NCBI GenBank assembly: GCA_001643675.2 | Contig: LSRY02000014.1 | Coordinates: 682,001-746,000 of the forward strand | Source of the DNA: Monocercomonoides exilis PA203 | Lineage: Eukaryota; Protista; Preaxostyla | Direction: 5' to 3' | Length of the DNA: 64,000 nucleotides | Shown here: piece by piece, positions 36,201 through 48,673 of the stretch | How the letters are laid out: every line of letters begins with the position of its first letter | Numbering within the stretch: the stretch's first letter is position 1 | Notes under the pieces: generated by a model | The model's database searches: none | What the model was told of the DNA's origin: nothing | Seen by the model: only the letters and a program-made list of their open reading frames with translations | Made by a program: the position numbers and the translations under genes

Positions 36201-36679
36201 CATTTAACACTTTTGATAAAGGAAAAATAAGAAATACCTTGTTTAAACCGCAAATGTTTCTGCCTTATTAGAGAAATAAATTGAGAACGATTTCTGGCGG
36301 GAAACATCCATGACAATTCAGCAAGATCTATCTGATTTAATTTAGTAAATATTATCGGTGGGTGAAATCTAGGCACTTCTGCAGCTGCCTGAAGCTTTTT
36401 TTTCACATAAAGAGCTGTCGGCATTTGATTACTGTCGACCTTTGAGAGTGGAACATTTTCTTCTTCTTCAGTTTTTATGGTTGTGGTTAAACCAGTGTTT
36501 TGTTTTGGTTCAAGTTTTTGTACTTGTTGTTGCGTTGGACTTTGCTGACATTGAGGTTGTTTTAGCTTCGAAGGAGGTGGTGGAAGAATTTTAACCTTAA
36601 GCTTCGTCAATGCAACTAGCTTAGAAGGAATTGGTGGAGGCGGAGCAGAAGGACGTTTTGGAATGAAAGGCTGACTCAT
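33256..36679 (-). CDS. About 1120-aa protein, possibly DUF810/PATROL1 (Munc13-related)-like
   Basis: Exons 36679-36238 and 36188-33256 with a 49-nt intron. Motifs EFRIWERRQLRFI, LLSCAF, LLELVK..PLGI and WMGAFLSDYLTHF occur in the order recalled for DUF810. The CDS is confident; the family call is tentative. Confidence 0.6.
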
Positions 36680-36951
36680 TAAAGGTCCAGAAAATGAATT
36701 TTAATAACTTTCAAGATCAATAACCAAAATAATATCCCTTAACAAGTTGAAATTCTTGATTATTTTTTGAAAACATAATAACAAAAATAATAATAATAAA
36801 TTGAAGCAAATCAATAAAGCAATAAAAAAATTCAAAAATCAACCAACTAGAATTTTCAATTCATGAAACAGATTGATAACTTTTTCATTGCAGCTTATAT
36901 TGTAAACGTATTTAATCTTCCAGATGTATCGGAGGAAAAAGAACTCAGGAT

Positions 36952-38052
36952 TCAATCGTCTGTATCTTCTTTTCCATCATCATCGTCGTCGTCATCATCT
37001 TTCATTTCCCTTAATCTTTTAACAAGCCTTCTTTTTTCTACGCTAGACATTTTCTTCAATAATTCTCTTGCTAATCTTTCTGCAAAAGCAAGAGATACTG
37101 TTTTCGGGAGAACAACATCATTGAAGGCATCAGAAGATTCTGAGCTTGAATAATCTGAACGCGACAAAGAAACAGAAATAGATCTTCTCCTCTTCGAGTG
37201 TTTCGAATGCTTCAAAGATGATCTCCCTTTATGAGACGAGTATTTTTCTGCTTCTTCCCGTTTAAGCTTTTGTGGAACCTGATGAGCAGCGCTGCCATCT
37301 TCTTTTTGCAATGACCGTATTTTTTCCATGTGTTCCATTGCAGTTAGTGGATCTTCCAAATATTGTCTTCGTTCATCTATCTTATCAACAAGAAATAATG
37401 GACATTCTTTTTCTCCAGATTGATGTCCCCATTGTCCGCATCTTGCACATTTCACATTTCTCATCTAGTTTATAAATTAAATTGTTGGAAATGGTTAAAA
37501 ATATTTGAATATTATTTTTTAAAGTGAAAATGAATAATTATTCTTCATACTTCCATTCCAAATGGATGATGTCTCAATTCAAAATCGGTAGTGGAAGCAG
37601 TTAGCTTTGGTACGCCTTTCATAACAGGAAACTTTTTTTCAAGCGGATCATCTTTAGTCAATTTCGAAGGATCAACATCTTGTTCCTTTGCTTCATCTTC
37701 CTCTCCTTTTTTATCTTCAATGTATCCAGGAGGCAATGAATATATAAATGAAAGTCCTCTACGTTTTCTATCTCGTTCCGATTCGGGTCCTGCAGTCATT
37801 CGCTCTATTTCTTCTTTTTCAAGTTCCTTTCTTCTTTGTTCCTCGTGCTCCTTATCTTTTTTTAATTTTTCTTCATGTTTTTTCAAAGCTTCAGCTTTTC
37901 TTCTTTGATTATATTTAGTGAGGGGATGGAAATACTATTTTTCAACGAAATCCACAAAAGCAAGTTATTATCAAATAGGAGAAATTCATTAAACAAAATA
38001 TCTTAAACGCATTCCAAACCTTTCCCATTAAAAATGCAAGACCTTTTGTCAT
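36952..38052 (-). CDS. CIR1: CIR1/Cwc25-family splicing factor with Cir_N domain and zinc knuckle, 309 aa, 3 exons
   Basis: Exons 38052-38020, 37934-37551, 37464-36952 give MTKGLAFLMGKYFHPLTKYNQRR, LSFIYSLPPG, PFGMEMRNVKCARCGQWGHQSGEKECP and an RS/K-rich tail. Confidence 0.88.
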
Positions 38053-38168
38053 TGAAAATAAAATAATTCGATATATTGACTTCTATTAAAAGTCAAAAAG
38101 CAAAAAATCAAAACACAGAATGAAGAAAAATATTAATTATATCCCGAGTTGATCATTGATTCTTTTTA
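38053..38168. promoter_or_regulatory. Putative bidirectional promoter between CIR1 and PRP22
   Basis: Only 116 bp separate the two divergent ATGs. Confidence 0.55.
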
Positions 38169-41100
38169 ATGTCGTTCGATCTAAATGTTAAATCGAAGAT
38201 CGTAACAGAATTAGAAAGATATGAACCTCAATTAGCTTCTGAGCCATTTCCATCTGCGGTGTACGATATATATGTTATTTCTAAGAGCAAAGAATCGTTT
38301 TTAAAACAATTAGCCGATTCTGGACTTGATGATGGATCAATGACAAATTTTTATGAAAGGCTTTATGAACAAATTACAAAAATGAAGAAAACAATTATTC
38401 CAAGTATGATTTACTTATTTTAATAAATGTTTTAATATTTATAATTTTTTTCAAAATAGTCTCTGAATTGCCAACAAAAAGGAAAGACATTTCTAAAACT
38501 CAAAATCAGAGTGCCGACTCTATATCCATTTCATCTTCACCATCGATTACACAACCACAAAGTCGATACGACAACTCAAAAAAAGAACGAATCCAACTCG
38601 ATGATAGGCCAGAAATATGGAAAATATATGATGGGCAAGTGCAGTCCTGCTCCGACTCTGGTGCGTATATAAGTTTGGATGGTGTTCGAGGACATCCTCA
38701 GGGATTATGTAGAAATAGCGAATATTCAGATGGTAATCTCAAGGCTAGGGACTATCTCCATCGTTATGATCGAGTGAAAGTTAAGGTTATATCTGTCGCA
38801 GCAAGAACATTTGATTTATCTATGAGACAGGTCGATCAAAAAACTGGGGCAGATATCAGAATGCCTCCATCTCAAAAGCAGTATTTAAAAGAGAGAGGTT
38901 TGCTTATGGAAGATGAAGATGATGGGGATGTCGAAGATGCACTTTTCCGTCCTCTGCTATCTGGTGCACCGGTTTCATCATCGTCAACTGTTCCTTCTTC
39001 TTTCTCTACTGTTCCTGCCTCTGCTTTGTCTAGTTCTTCTTTTGCTAGTCGCGGTCATAGAAAGCAAAAAACAGATGCAGACAAGTGGGAAGAAAAGCAG
39101 CTCTTAAGCGCAGGAATTATTACGCGTGAGGAGCTGGAAGGTTGGGATCAGGAGAGGGAGATGATGCAAGAGGATGAGGACAACGATGACATGGCCCAGC
39201 TGAGCGATGCAGCAAAGAAGCGCTTGGGAATCCCCATCACGGGAAGCGGTGGTGTGGCTACTCTTCCGCGTGCTGGGGTGCAACTGGATGCAGAAGAGGA
39301 TGTTGAGGATATCGACATTGAAGTCACAGAGGCAGAGCCTTCATTTCTCAAGGGAATCTCCTCTCATTCAATGCAATTCTCACCATTGCGTATCGTCCAG
39401 GCACCAGACGGTTCATTGGTCAGCATCGCTGAAGAAACCCAGAAGACGCTGAAGGATCAGCGGGAAGAGCTCACAAGGCAGCGAAATGAGATGTTTGAGA
39501 ACATTCCAAAAGGTTTGGACAGAGGGTGGCTGGATCCAATGCCAGAGGATAATGAAAGGCTGTTGGCGTCTGAGCTGCGTGGTCTCGGAATGATGGCTGT
39601 GGCTGGTGCTAGTGGAGCAGTGGGCCTGGAGAAGCTGCCGGAATGGAAGCGTGAGGCTCTGGGAAAGCATCCGACCTTTGGCCGACCAGTGACAAAGATG
39701 TCGATAAAGGAGCAGAGAGAATCGCTGCCAATCTACCAGTTCAGGAATGCATTGCTGGCTGCGCTTTCTAAGAGTCAGATGCTCATCGTGATTGGAGAGA
39801 CTGGTTCTGGGAAGACTACTCAGATTCCGCAGTACCTGGCTGAAGAAGGATACACAGCTACTGGGCGTGTTGGCGTCACACAGCCTCGTCGTGTGGCTGC
39901 ACAGTCTGTTGCGAAGAGAGTGAGTGAAGAGGTTGGGTGTGTCTTGGGGCAAGAAGTTGGGTACGCCATCCGTTTTGAAGAAGTTGTTTCAAAAGAGACA
40001 GTCATCAAATATATGACAGATGGGTATCTTTTAAGAGAATGCCTTGTTGACACAAAGCTCAGCCAGTATTCAGTCATCATGTTGGATGAAGCCCACGAAC
40101 GCACAATTCACACAGATGTGCTGTTTGCACTGTGCAAAGAAGCGTGTCGTCAGCGTCCAAACGATCTGAAGCTGATTGTCACATCTGCAACATTGGATGC
40201 TGAGAAGTTCTCGTCGTATTTCAATGACTGCCCAATTATCACCATTCCTGGGCGCTCGTATGAAGTGGAGGTGTTCTACGCAAAGCAGCCAGAGCCGAAC
40301 TATTTGGAGGCTGCGACAATTGCAGCAATGCAAATCCACTTGAAGGAAAGCGAAGGAGACATCCTTGTCTTTCTCACTGGGCAGGAGGAGATCGATCTCT
40401 GCTGCTCCATCCTCCACAAGCGGATGAAAGATCTGGGCGACAAAGTTCCCGAGCTGATCATTCTGCCTGTTTATTCGTCGCTGCCTTCGGAAAACCAGAC
40501 CCGCATCTTCGAGCCAGCGCCGCGGGGAGCAAGAAAGTGTATAGTGGCGACAAACATTGCTGAGGCCTCGCTGACCATTGATGGAATCCGCTTTGTGATT
40601 GACTCCGGTTTTGTGAAGCAGAACAGCTTCAATCCGCGTCTTGGGATGGACTCGCTGACAATTGTGCCTATCTCAAAGGCATCCGCAAAGCAGCGGAAAG
40701 GAAGAGCCGGGAGAACAGCACCCGGAAAGTGCTACCGCCTCTACACAGAAAGTGCCTTCAAGAATGAGATGATGCCAACCACGATCCCTGAAATTCAACG
40801 AGCGAACCTGGCAAACACGGTGCTTTTGCTGAAGGCGATGGGTATCAATGATGTGATGTCCTTCGACTTTATGGACAAGCCGCCAAGGCAGACGCTTGTG
40901 GCAGCACTGGAGCTGCTGTATGCACTTGGGGCACTGGACGAGGAAGGGCTTCTGACTCCCATCGGAAGGAGGATGGCAGAGTTTCCGCTTGAGCCTCAGC
41001 TGAGCAAGATGCTACTAACGTCTGTGGAGTTGGGATGCACAGAGGAGATTCTGACGATTGCCTCGATGATTTCTGTGGAGACGATCTTCTTCCGGCCGAA

Positions 41101-41701
41101 GGACAAGCAGCTGGAGGCAGACGCGAAGAAGCAGGCGTTCTCGCAGCCTGAAGGTGATCATTTGACATACTTAACGATCTACAACAGGTGGCAAAAGGAA
41201 GGATACTCGTCCACTTGGTGTGCGCGGAACTTCATTCACATCCGGGCGATGCGGAAGGCGCAGGATATTCGGACGCATCTGCTGCAGATTATGAACAAGT
41301 ACAACTATCCAATCACTTCATGCGGGCGCAACTACAACTCAATCCTCCAGGCCGTTGTGTCAGGCTTCTTCAACCATGCTGCCAAGAGAGATCCGACTGA
41401 AGGCTACAAGACGCTTTCAGAAGGGTCGACGGTGTATATCCACCCGTCTTCAGCACTGTTCCAGAAGAATCCGGAGTGGGTGCTGTATCACGAGGTGGTG
41501 ATGACTACTAAAGAGTACATGAGGCACGTGTCAGCCATCGACCCCCGGTGGCTGCTGGTGTTTGCCCCGAACTATTATGTGAAGGTGGACCCCAGAATGC
41601 TCTCGAAGGAGAAGAGGAAGCAGAGAATAGAGCCGCTGTACTCGAAGTTCCAGGATGCGAACTCGTGGCGTATTTCAAAGCAGAAGATTAGAAAGAACTG
41701 A
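38169..41701 (+). CDS. PRP22: Pre-mRNA splicing DEAH-box helicase Prp22/DHX8, about 1158 aa, 2 exons
   Basis: Exons 38169-38403 and 38460-41701. S1 domain, GETGSGKTTQ, DEAH, SAT, QRKGRAGR, HA2/OB fold, C-terminal EPLYSKFQDANSWRISK. Confidence 0.96.
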
Positions 41702-42400
41702 TTGGGAAGGAGGAGTTTTAGGATTGATTACATATTTGTGGTTTCTTGCTAAGAATCGGAAAGTGACAGGTTTTGATATTTTCTGAGTAAATTATGCACT
41801 TGAAAAAAAACAAACACTTCACAAACTGTCTTTCATGTAAATTTTGTACAAATAGTTTTCCGTTTTGTTTTTTACTGGATTTTTAATTTTCACTTCATCT
41901 TTAGAATCAATGTGATAATAAAGAATGTTTAAATGTTTGAAACTCAAAGATTATATTTTTGTGCTTCTTTTTAAACTTTTTGAATTTCGATTCCTTTTTC
42001 TTTATTCATATGTTGAAAAGATGATTCATATAAACGTTCCCACTCACTTCATATCAGCTTAAAGGCCTTTTAAATAATAATGCATTTTCCAAGCCAAACA
42101 TATTCTGTTGCTTAAAACGCTTCAAACGATGTTATACAAAAAATGAAACAATTCAACGAATCTGTTTACTCAAAAAAGAATAACATAAAAAGAATAAAAA
42201 AAAGAAGTTGACAAGAAAAGACAGCAATATGAAATCCAAACATAACTGCCAGATAATCTGATCAACGAAGGAATGAAATGAAAAGGCAATAATATCAATA
42301 TGAGAAAAACGATATGTAAGATAAATTTAAAATAAATATGAAAATCGAATTTTCTGAATGTTTATATATCTTCAAACAATATCTCTCCATTCAACCTATT

Positions 42401-42450
42401 TAAAATAAAATAAAATAAAATAAAATAAAATAAAATAAAATAAAATAAAA
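42401..42450 (+). repeat. (TAAAA)10 microsatellite
   Basis: Direct observation. Confidence 0.9.
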
Positions 42451-42538
42451 TAGCTACTCCACAAAAGACCTTTCAAAACCATTTCTCTTGATTCAAACTT
42501 CCACCAACCACTTTTTTTCATTCCCTTCAAGAAAATTC

Positions 42539-45480
42539 TCATTTGTTCCTGCTTTCGATGTATCTCAGCCGCGCAATTCGAGCTCTTTCCATGTCTGTCA
42601 ATCCATCTTCTGGTGGATGCAGTGAAGAAGCTTCAGGTGATGATGAAGACGACGATGAAGATGAAGAAGAAGAAGATGATGATGATGATGATGATGATGA
42701 AGTCGAAGAGGCAGACGCAGGCCCGTGTTTAGTGCTGCTTTCTGGCTTCCTCTCTCTTTCATCGTCCATCCTTTCACTCTGCAACAGAGCTGCCTCCTGC
42801 TGCTGTGCAAACTCCCTCTCTTCCTCTGAAACTCCCCCTTCATTTGCTCCGCCCATCCCTTCGCTTCCTTGCCTGCCGTTCTCCTGCTGCTCCATCATCG
42901 CCAGCTGGTATTGAATGAACGCTGCTTCGTCCTCGTCAATCGTCGGGTCGTTGATCAGGCTGTTAAACTGAGCTGCAGTGCCTTCTTCATCTTCGGTGGA
43001 CACTTGAACTGAACTAGGAAGCTCATACCTGGAAGCCTCTCTCTCCTTTTCCTTTTCCCTTTCCCTGTCTCTTTCTCTTTCTCTTTCCCTCTTTCTCTCT
43101 CTCTCCCTTTCTCTTTGCCTTTCTTCCTCCTCCTCTTCTTCTTCTTCTTCTCTTGTTCTCGGTGCTGCTTGTGATGCATCGTTTCTGTTATTCTGTTGAT
43201 TCAAAGATGTCAGTGCTTCTGCTCTTCTCCTCATAATCTCTCTCACACGTGCAGCTTCTGCGTCTTCTCCTGCTCTTTCAGGCTGATGAACACGTCTATT
43301 GCCTCTTCCGCCTCCTCCTCCCCCTTCTCCCCCTTCTCCTCCACCTTCCCCATTGTTCAGCAGATGGTCTTCCTCGTTCTGCTGTTGCTGTTGCTGCTGC
43401 CGTGCAAGTCTCCGACGTTTGCGGCAGGGATACGTGACACAGCGGACAATAGAGCCGATGATCCAGATGAGCGTGGGGATGAGGATGATGCCTGGAAGAA
43501 GGAAGAGCACAATCAGAATCATCACGTCGCCGAACGTCGTCTTCCCAGGGATGGCAAGCATGACTTGCGACGGACGCTCAGAAAAGCCTGGCAGATCAGA
43601 TAAAATGTGAGTGGTTGAAGAGGCAGAGGCAAATGATGGAGAGGAGAAGTCAGAAGAAGAGGAAGAGGGTTCTTGTGAATCGAAAGAGGAAGAAGGAAAT
43701 AGGTCTGGAAAAAGATCGGAGAGGATCTCAGAATCAATTCGAGGAGATGTGTTTGCAGAACAGTCAGAAGAAGAAGAAGAAGAAGAAGAAGAAGAAGAAG
43801 AAGAAGAAGAAGAAGAAGATGTTGCTGAGGTTGCTGATGATGAAGACGATGAGAAAGTTGAAAGTTGAGAGGAAGAAGAGGTCGAAGAAGGCACAAACGA
43901 CAAATCAGTACTTGCTCCTGTCTCATTGGAATGAGCAACGTTATTCTCAGAAAATGAAATGTTTTCGTGGCTCAATGCTTTGTGAATGGATAACGAAGAA
44001 TTAATGGCAGCAGCAGCATGTTCTGATGTTTCAGAGGCAGATGCTTTGCTGTTCAGGCGAGAAGAGGAGGCAATTGAGGCAGAATTGCAGGCGTTTCTTC
44101 TCCGCATCAGCTCTCTCTCAACAACTGAATACGACGAGTTGTCTGGCTGCGGGTAGAAAAAGCGCTTTTTCATAAAGCGGAATGGAAGCGACGCCTCCAG
44201 CGAGGGATTGAAGGGCATTGAAAGTGCTTCCTTCTTCCTCGCAGATCCAGGCGACAACGGTGAGCTATGAGAAGCCGGTGGAGTTGGCTTCCAGAACACA
44301 GAGTCGAAGACAGAAGCCGGCGAAAGTGCAGCCGACGAGAAACGGAGCATATGCTCTGAGAGTGAGACAAGGCGGGGTGTGACGAGTGGAGATGAAAAGA
44401 GAAGATCAGCCAGCGAGTCGACAGAAAGAGATGATGCAAAAAAGGACGAATGTGATGCAGCAGTGAAACGCTTATTGGTGCTCGACTCTAATTCAGATAA
44501 ATATGCAAATGCAGGTTTCGCTTCCTCAGTTGGAGTCGATAAAACAGAATTACCGTTTTGATTCCTGGTAGTTCGTTTTGGGGCTTCTCTTGTATCAAAA
44601 TAGCATCGTTTGTATGAACCAACCGATAGAGATAGCAAGTGATTTGATTGTTGCAATGGCTCAAAATTGGAGTTTGAATGCTCCCATCCACCTTCCGTCC
44701 CAGGTGGAGGCCAATATGTTGCATTTCTTGATGTCATATTACAAAGATTATCTCTTTAATCATATCGTTGATTATTGACGAACAAAGAAGCTAAAATAAG
44801 AATTACCTAAAAAAAATCAAACGTTAATTCCACTACAGTTGCATTATAAGGCAACGCTTCTTCTTCATGGCTGTCGGTGCTGTTTTTTGGAAGAATAATT
44901 GGAGCAACTGCAATTGTAAAAATGTGAACGCAAGTTGAACCTTTTGATTCTAAAATGCAAATAAAGTATAACAATGATAGTTCAAATGTTCAAAAAGTAT
45001 TAAAATTCATAAAATAATTGTAAACCATCCAAAGGATATGATAAAGAGTAGTTCTTATAATCTTGCATGTAGCAATCTCCAACTGCATAATTTTTACTAA
45101 AATTGTCATATTGAACGCATCAGAAAAGAATTAGAAAGAAAATGTGTCCGGAAAAAGTTGAAGGTGAATTCATTTTTTGTATAAAGATTACAAAGCACGT
45201 GTATAATTTTCTTACAATGAAACTTTAAACATACTAAATTAATGATGAATAAGAATTAATAAGTATTATAGTTGCTGCCCATTGAGAAAAAATTGCAATT
45301 ACTTTGTTTTTTAATCAAAATGTCACAATAATTGTTCAATAACTTTCTTTAATAAAAGAAAAAACTAAAAGTGAATAAAGCAAGACGTAAAAGTACGCTT
45401 ACAATTGATATCCTTTGCTCGGGAAGTGAACCCGTGCAAATGATAAACATAATGCTGTGAAAAGCCTTCCAGCAGCTCAT
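42539..45480 (-). CDS. Hypothetical low-complexity membrane protein; 5' exons unresolved
   Basis: 732-aa terminal ORF (42539-44737) with TM VMILIVLFLLPGIILIPTLIWII and poly-S/Q/G/E and RE repeats. Coding-like segments and splice donors lie upstream to ~45480. Confidence 0.65.
43767..43817 (+). repeat. (GAA)17 microsatellite encoding poly-Ser on the minus strand
   Basis: Direct observation. Confidence 0.9.
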
Positions 45481-45658
45481 TTTGAAGACTTAAGGGTTAA
45501 CAAAATTTTTCATCAGCATTTATCTCACTTATTTCATTGGACTGTATAATATATTGAGAGATTTTGTATTAACTGGGAAGTTTCAATATGTTTTGATCAA
45601 AAGCAAAACTTATTTTTGAAAAGGATCTGACGGTTATTTTTCTTTTTTCGTTTTTTTG

Positions 45659-47530
45659 ATGGCAACTGTTTCTGGTGAAAATCCAGAAGAAAATCTCATA
45701 GAAGTTTGAATTTGTTCACATGTTTATGATGTAAAATTTATTGATTTGCGCAAAATATAAACACAACAAAATCATCTGTAATTTATGAAAGACTGATCAA
45801 AATGAGATTGAACAAAATTTAATTGATGACATTCGAGAAACTGACGATTTGGATGAAGAATTTAGAGATGGAGAAGAAGATGAAGAAGGACGCAATGAAG
45901 AGCAGGAAGAAGATTGGAAAGATGAAAATGAACAAGAATATCATGAAGATGTTCCAGGGGAGGCTGCCCTATTATTTGATGAGTTATCAGATGATAAGTT
46001 CAAAGAGTTTATTGAAAAGGCTTATTTGGAATATGGACAGCTTACAGCTGATAATCATGATTTGCAAAAGAAATATGCAGCATATCTTGCTTCGAATCCT
46101 TCTGACGTGCGTGAAGAAGAAAGACCAGAAGAAGAAATAAAGCCACAATTTTATGATGCACTTCGAAAGATTGAAGCACTTCGTCAAGAGTATGATTCCG
46201 TTGATGAAGATGCTCAGTTTGTTGTTGAAGATGCAACAAGAAGACTTAAAGAGGCGCAGGAAGAATTGCGTGAAGCAGCGGATGCTTTCGACAAATTTAA
46301 GCGGACTGTAGCACAAGGATCTCGCTTTAAAACGACAGGTAAACCAATTGACGATAACAAGATTGAAGAAATGATGGAAAGAGATCGTCAGAAAGATGAA
46401 GAAATTCAAATAAAACGTCTTCGAAACACCACACTTCAAACAACACTTTCTAAATTTGAGGAGCAGCATAAAAAAGTTGTATGTTATGAAAATTCTATAT
46501 TTTTGAAATGTTAAGTCTCAAAATTATTTCTTTATTTGAAATTTATGTGATTGCAATCGCGAATTTGTAGGATGATGCTAAAACGCAAAGACATCAGATT
46601 GACTTTGAGCAGTTGAAGATTGAGAACCAAACATTTAACGAAAAAATAGAAGAGCGAACTGAAGTTTGTAACTTTTGATTTTTCTTTTATTTGCACATAA
46701 ATTTATAATTTGATTTTATATGTTAACAAATATGAATATGAATATTTATTATTGAAACTTATCTAACATTATTTTTTTCGACTTGATCTTTTTTATGAAC
46801 ATAATACAAATTTTTTAATAATAATTATTTTAATTTTATAACATTAGGAATTGCAAAAACTACGGAAAAAGATAAACATGACTGTGCACGTTCTTTCACA
46901 CTTCACTGAGAAATTAGAATTTTTGCATTCAGCAAATTCAGAACTTAAGGAAAGACTTGCTGAGTTAGAAAGAGAGACAACCAGAAAAAGAGATGCATTG
47001 GCAAACATAAAGGTGAGATATTTTATTAATTAACTTTAATTGCTACAACATATATTTTTTCAATATTTTAAATGTTTCCTTTAACTTTTTACCATAAATT
47101 TTTGTTTTACCGTTAGCTTGAGCGTGATCATTTGAAAGTGGATAATCAGCGTTTAAGACAGGAAAATGGATTAGTTGGCAATGAAGAACTGTTGCGAGAT
47201 TTCAAAGAACGCAGGAAGAAGCAAAATACATTAAAAAAGAAGCTCGTTGGATTGCAGCACAAATACGAACTTGTAACGGGTGAAAACGTTGCTGGATTTA
47301 GTGAGAAATTGCTAAAAGCTGCGCAAGAAGGAAACAAGGTACAATTGGGTGATGAAGAAGAGGAAGGAGGGGAAGGAGACGATGATGATATCGAAGGAGA
47401 AATGATTGAAGAACTGATTGAAGGGCAAAAGGGAGAAAAGGAAGATGGGATGGAGCAAACTGCCTCGTCAACACTGAGATCATCAGCAGCACCATCCTCA
47501 AGTAATGACGACAATTCAAAAAGGGAATGA
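45659..47530 (+). CDS. CCDC96: Cilia/flagella-associated coiled-coil protein CCDC96/CFAP184 (DUF4201), 466 aa, 5 exons
   Basis: Exons 45659-45703, 45792-46475, 46571-46663, 46848-47012, 47117-47530, all phase 0. Signature IDFEQLKIENQTFNEKIEER..EL.KLR...VHVLSH..EKL and GLVGNEELLRDF. Confidence 0.88.
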
Positions 47531-47931
47531 AAGGGATAACAGGTTACAACAAAAGAAATGGTATTAGAATTGATTATTTTAAAAAAATAAATATTTGGAG
47601 ACATCTAGTTTTTTATATAAAATGTACATATCAATCATTATTCGAATCAAGAAAAAAAAACAGTAATATGTAAACATAAAGTTTGAAGATTTAATTTGGG
47701 AAATGGATAATATATTTAATATTAATTGCATAATCAAAATTAAACTTCATTTGACTAAATTATAAATAAACTGATATTATATCAAAAAAATATTTATTGA
47801 ACAACGAAGATAAAGCTTTTCCCGAAAAGAATTTGTAAAAAATGATATCTGCAATGGTATTGTTGTAATTCTAAGAAACTATCATAAACTTTTGACTTTG
47901 ATTGTTTTTCTATTTTTTTCTAAAAAGCTTT

Positions 47932-47932
<1 letters not shown>

Positions 47933-47979
<47 letters not shown>
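47933..47979 (+). repeat. Poly-T homopolymer (47 nt)
   Basis: Direct observation. Confidence 0.9.
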
Positions 47980-48071
47980 CGGAAACAACGTTAATTTCCA
48001 ATTTTTCTTTTTTTCTTTTGCTGGAAGTTATGTTTGAGTTTTATTTCTCAATATTTATTTTTTATATATTT

Positions 48072-48276
48072 GGCTGATCCTTTTTGAAATCATACTTTCG
48101 TTCGAGTTTTGATCAAAATTTTAATCTCAATGGGATTTAGAAAAATTGAGCCTGAACTGATAATACACACAGTACATGATGATGTTGAAAAGAAATATAA
48201 TTTTTATCAAAATCCCATTGATATTAAAATTTTGATCAAAACTCGAACGAAAGTTTGATTTGTTAAAGGATCAGCC
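48072..48276. mobile_element. 205-bp fold-back MITE with 67-bp TIRs and ATTT target-site duplication
   Basis: Arms 48072-48138 and 48210-48276 are reverse complements with about 5 mismatches. ATTT flanks both sides (48068-48071 and 48277-48280). Confidence 0.8.
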
Positions 48277-48673
48277 ATTTTAGGTTTGAATAAGAAAAGG
48301 ATGGAGACATTACTATTTTTCTTTCGCATGAAGCATTAGCAAGTCTGTTTTAATGTCCCGCTCTTTGAGAGAGAAGTGATGTGAACTCTAAAAGAAGATC
48401 TGAAAAAAAAATTAGTGATAACAAATTGAATTTGCTCAGATTGATTACTAAAAATATCATTCAAATAAACTTTTATCTGTAAATATTTCCCATTTCATTC
48501 TTTCCAATTTACGTGTTTTCGTCGTGTTTTTGATATTATAGGTATCTGGATGGATTGAAAACTTTCAAAGAGTAAATATTCTATTTGAAAGCATTGATTG
48601 CAAGTGATTATGCAACAATAATTCTACAGGTATTTATTTTTTGTGCTCATCCAATCTACCTGGAATTTTCCCT

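Noticed and set aside
37935-37950. Apparent in-frame TAG in 'FVEK*YFHP' of CIR1
   Set aside because: It is the intron acceptor; splicing from 38020 gives an intact MTKGLAFLMGKYFHP.
47933-47979. Poly-T tracts (also at 25804 and 30547) as retroposon tails
   Set aside because: No shared adjacent body sequence or flanking TSD is visible, and the lengths may be sequencing-dependent.
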